Positions 22,732 through 24,000 of a stretch of 24,000 nt of DNA are shown in pieces (the stretch's first letter is position 1; the number at the start of each line of letters is the position of its first letter). The stretch comes from Cetobacterium sp. 2A (lineage in GTDB: Bacteria > Fusobacteriota > Fusobacteriia > Fusobacteriales > Fusobacteriaceae). The notes under the pieces are model-generated. The model did not search any database, was not told the DNA's origin, and saw only the letters and a list, made by a program, of their open reading frames with translations. Where the stretch lies: positions 322,120-346,119 of the forward strand of contig NZ_JACFAJ010000001.1 of the NCBI RefSeq assembly GCF_014250685.1, in the 5' to 3' direction. Made by a program: the position numbers and the translations under genes.

Positions 22732-24000
22732 TTATGTGTTTATTCCAGTGTACATATTATAGAAAAATCTTTTTTTATCTAAAAGCTCTTCAAAATTTCC
22801 ACTCTCTAAAATTCCATCCTTACCTAGCACAAATATTTTATCAAAATTTTTCAAAGTATTTAATCTATGTGCAATAGCGATTATAATTTTATCTTTAAAT
22901 TCATTGTTTAAATTATTTATAATTTTTGATTCTAAAATATTATCAAGAGCTGATGTTGCTTCATCTAATAAAATTACATCGGGTGATTTTAAAAATAACC
23001 TAGCTAATGCTACTCTTTGCTTTTGTCCAGAACTTAAATTTATTCCATTTTCTCCTAATTTCGTATTCTCTTTTAATTCTAAATCTTGTATTAAATCTTT
23101 GATATATGAAAATTCTAATGATTGCTGTAATTTTTCATCACTTACATCTCTATTTATAATTTTAATATTTTCTAATATTGTATCATCTATCAAGTGTTCA
23201 TTTTGATCTACAATTCCTACTCGAGCCAAATAATCATTACTATTCAAAGTCTGCAAACATTCTCCATTTATAAAAATATTTCCATTGTTCGGAACTAAAT
23301 TTTTCTTCAATAAAGAAAATAAAGTTGTTTTTCCAACTCCACTTGCACCTACAAAGGCTATTTTTTGACCTTTATACACTTCTAACGATAAATTTTTTAA
23401 AATCTGATCCCCCTTATAATAAAAATCTAAATTTTTTATTGATATACTTTCTATAGGTTTACTTAAAATAATACTTCCTGTACTTGGAGACTCCATGCTC
23501 GTAATCTCTATAAATCTACTAATTCCAGATGCGCCTCTTTGAAATGTATCAACTAAACTCATCAGTCTAAGTAAATATATTCTAAATCTATTTATTAACA
23601 ATATAAAACTTACCATAATTCCAAAACTTATCTCTCCTCTTATATGGAGATAACCACCAACAAATATAACCAATAACTGAGTAAATTGATTATAAAAATT
23701 TATTCCAGATATAAGAGAAGAAATATTAAATACATTTTTATTTTCAATATCTAAAAGTTTCTTATTATTTTTGTTAAATTTTTTTATTTTTTCATCTTCT
23801 AAAGCATTATCTTTTATAAAAAATATTACCCGTAGAGTACTATGTATATTTGATGTAAGAGACGACATTTTTTTCCTTACTTCTCCATATCCTATTTTTA
23901 ATTTTTTATTTTGATAAATTGTAAAATAGATTGCAAATGGTAATGGTAACATAGTTATTATAGCTAATTTCACATTAAAATTTAACATTAATATAATAGC
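22732..24000 (-). CDS. ABC exporter, fused permease/ATPase (MsbA/MdlB-like half-transporter), 5' end outside the window
   Basis: Walker A is GASGVGKTT, the ABC signature is LSSGQKQRVALAR, Walker B is ILLDEATSALD and the H-loop is IAIAHR. It is preceded by type-I exporter TM segments. The reading frame stays open to position 24000. Confidence 0.85.
   Translation of the reverse strand, partial: AIILMLNFNVKLAIITMLPLPFAIYFTIYQNKKLKIGYGEVRKKMSSLTSNIHSTLRVIFFIKDNALEDEKIKKFNKNNKKLLDIENKNVFNISSLISGINFYNQFTQLLVIFVGGYLHIRGEISFGIMVSFILLINRFRIYLLRLMSLVDTFQRGASGISRFIEITSMESPSTGSIILSKPIESISIKNLDFYYKGDQILKNLSLEVYKGQKIAFVGASGVGKTTLFSLLKKNLVPNNGNIFINGECLQTLNSNDYLARVGIVDQNEHLIDDTILENIKIINRDVSDEKLQQSLEFSYIKDLIQDLELKENTKLGENGINLSSGQKQRVALARLFLKSPDVILLDEATSALDNILESKIINNLNNEFKDKIIIAIAHRLNTLKNFDKIFVLGKDGILESGNFEELLDKKRFFYNMYTGINT

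Noticed and set aside
399-23206. Short ORFs from the six-frame track that lie inside or antisense to larger genes: 399-599, 2214-2411, 2569-2856, 3187-3468, 4705-4899, 5559-5963, 6255-6440, 7894-8163, 9118-9426, 9426-9611, 10570-10755, 13460-13687, 15119-15406, 17081-17290, 19547-19816 and 22904-23206.
   Set aside because: Each overlaps a longer ORF that has clear family motifs and an RBS. Their translations are low-complexity, Ile/Phe/Ser/Pro-rich shadow frames typical of AT-rich DNA. I saw no RBS or independent signals for any of them.
1-24000. A search by eye for CRISPR arrays, transposases, integrases, inverted terminal repeats, tRNA or rRNA genes, toxin-antitoxin pairs, restriction-modification genes or other defence genes.
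   Set aside because: I found none. All large ORFs are accounted for by metabolic, transport or regulatory families. The only repeats seen are the 11-bp tandem at 14369-14400 and the terminator hairpins. The window looks like core or accessory metabolism rather than a defence or mobile island.

Overview
This is an AT-rich bacterial chromosomal window. Codon usage is AGA/GGA/AAA-heavy, ribosome-binding sites are GGAGG-type, and TTG starts occur. My guess is a Fusobacteriaceae-like genome (Fusobacterium or Cetobacterium), but that is not proven. The window is densely packed with metabolic and transport operons. I found no rRNA, tRNA, CRISPR array, transposase, integrase or recognisable defence genes.

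Gene content, left to right:
- An unknown membrane protein plus an M20 peptidase.
- A divergent dihydroxyacetone-kinase-like pair in the unusual order DhaL then DhaK, followed by a small VOC/glyoxalase-like protein. No DhaM is present.
- An orphan, very AT-rich lipoprotein.
- A guanine-class purine riboswitch with a clear terminator/antiterminator (OFF) platform. It heads an operon of an NCS2 xanthine/urate-type permease and a three-subunit (FAD, 2Fe-2S, Mo) xanthine-dehydrogenase-family hydroxylase.
- On the minus strand, malX-like PTS EIICB, malY-like C-S lyase and an HTH/PRD-like regulator.
- On the minus strand, a tightly packed six-gene unit: TRAP DctP, DctQ, DctM, then periplasmic GlpQ, MgtC-family protein and HAD-IIA phosphatase. 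It is preceded by a leader with a terminator-like hairpin.
- A small secreted protein, with a possible 39-aa membrane sORF after it.
- A canonical PTS-dependent dhaKLM operon.
- The 3' part of an ABC exporter running off the window.

I see no clear-cut novel multi-gene system of the defence or mobile type. The candidates most worth a second look are:
- The riboswitch-repressed permease and molybdenum hydroxylase operon, which has salvage-type rather than catabolic regulatory logic.
- The TRAP-glpQ-mgtC-HAD operon and its structured leader.
- The DhaM-less DhaL-DhaK-VOC operon, which sits alongside a canonical dhaKLM.

All functional calls rest on motif recognition by eye. No searches or computations were run.
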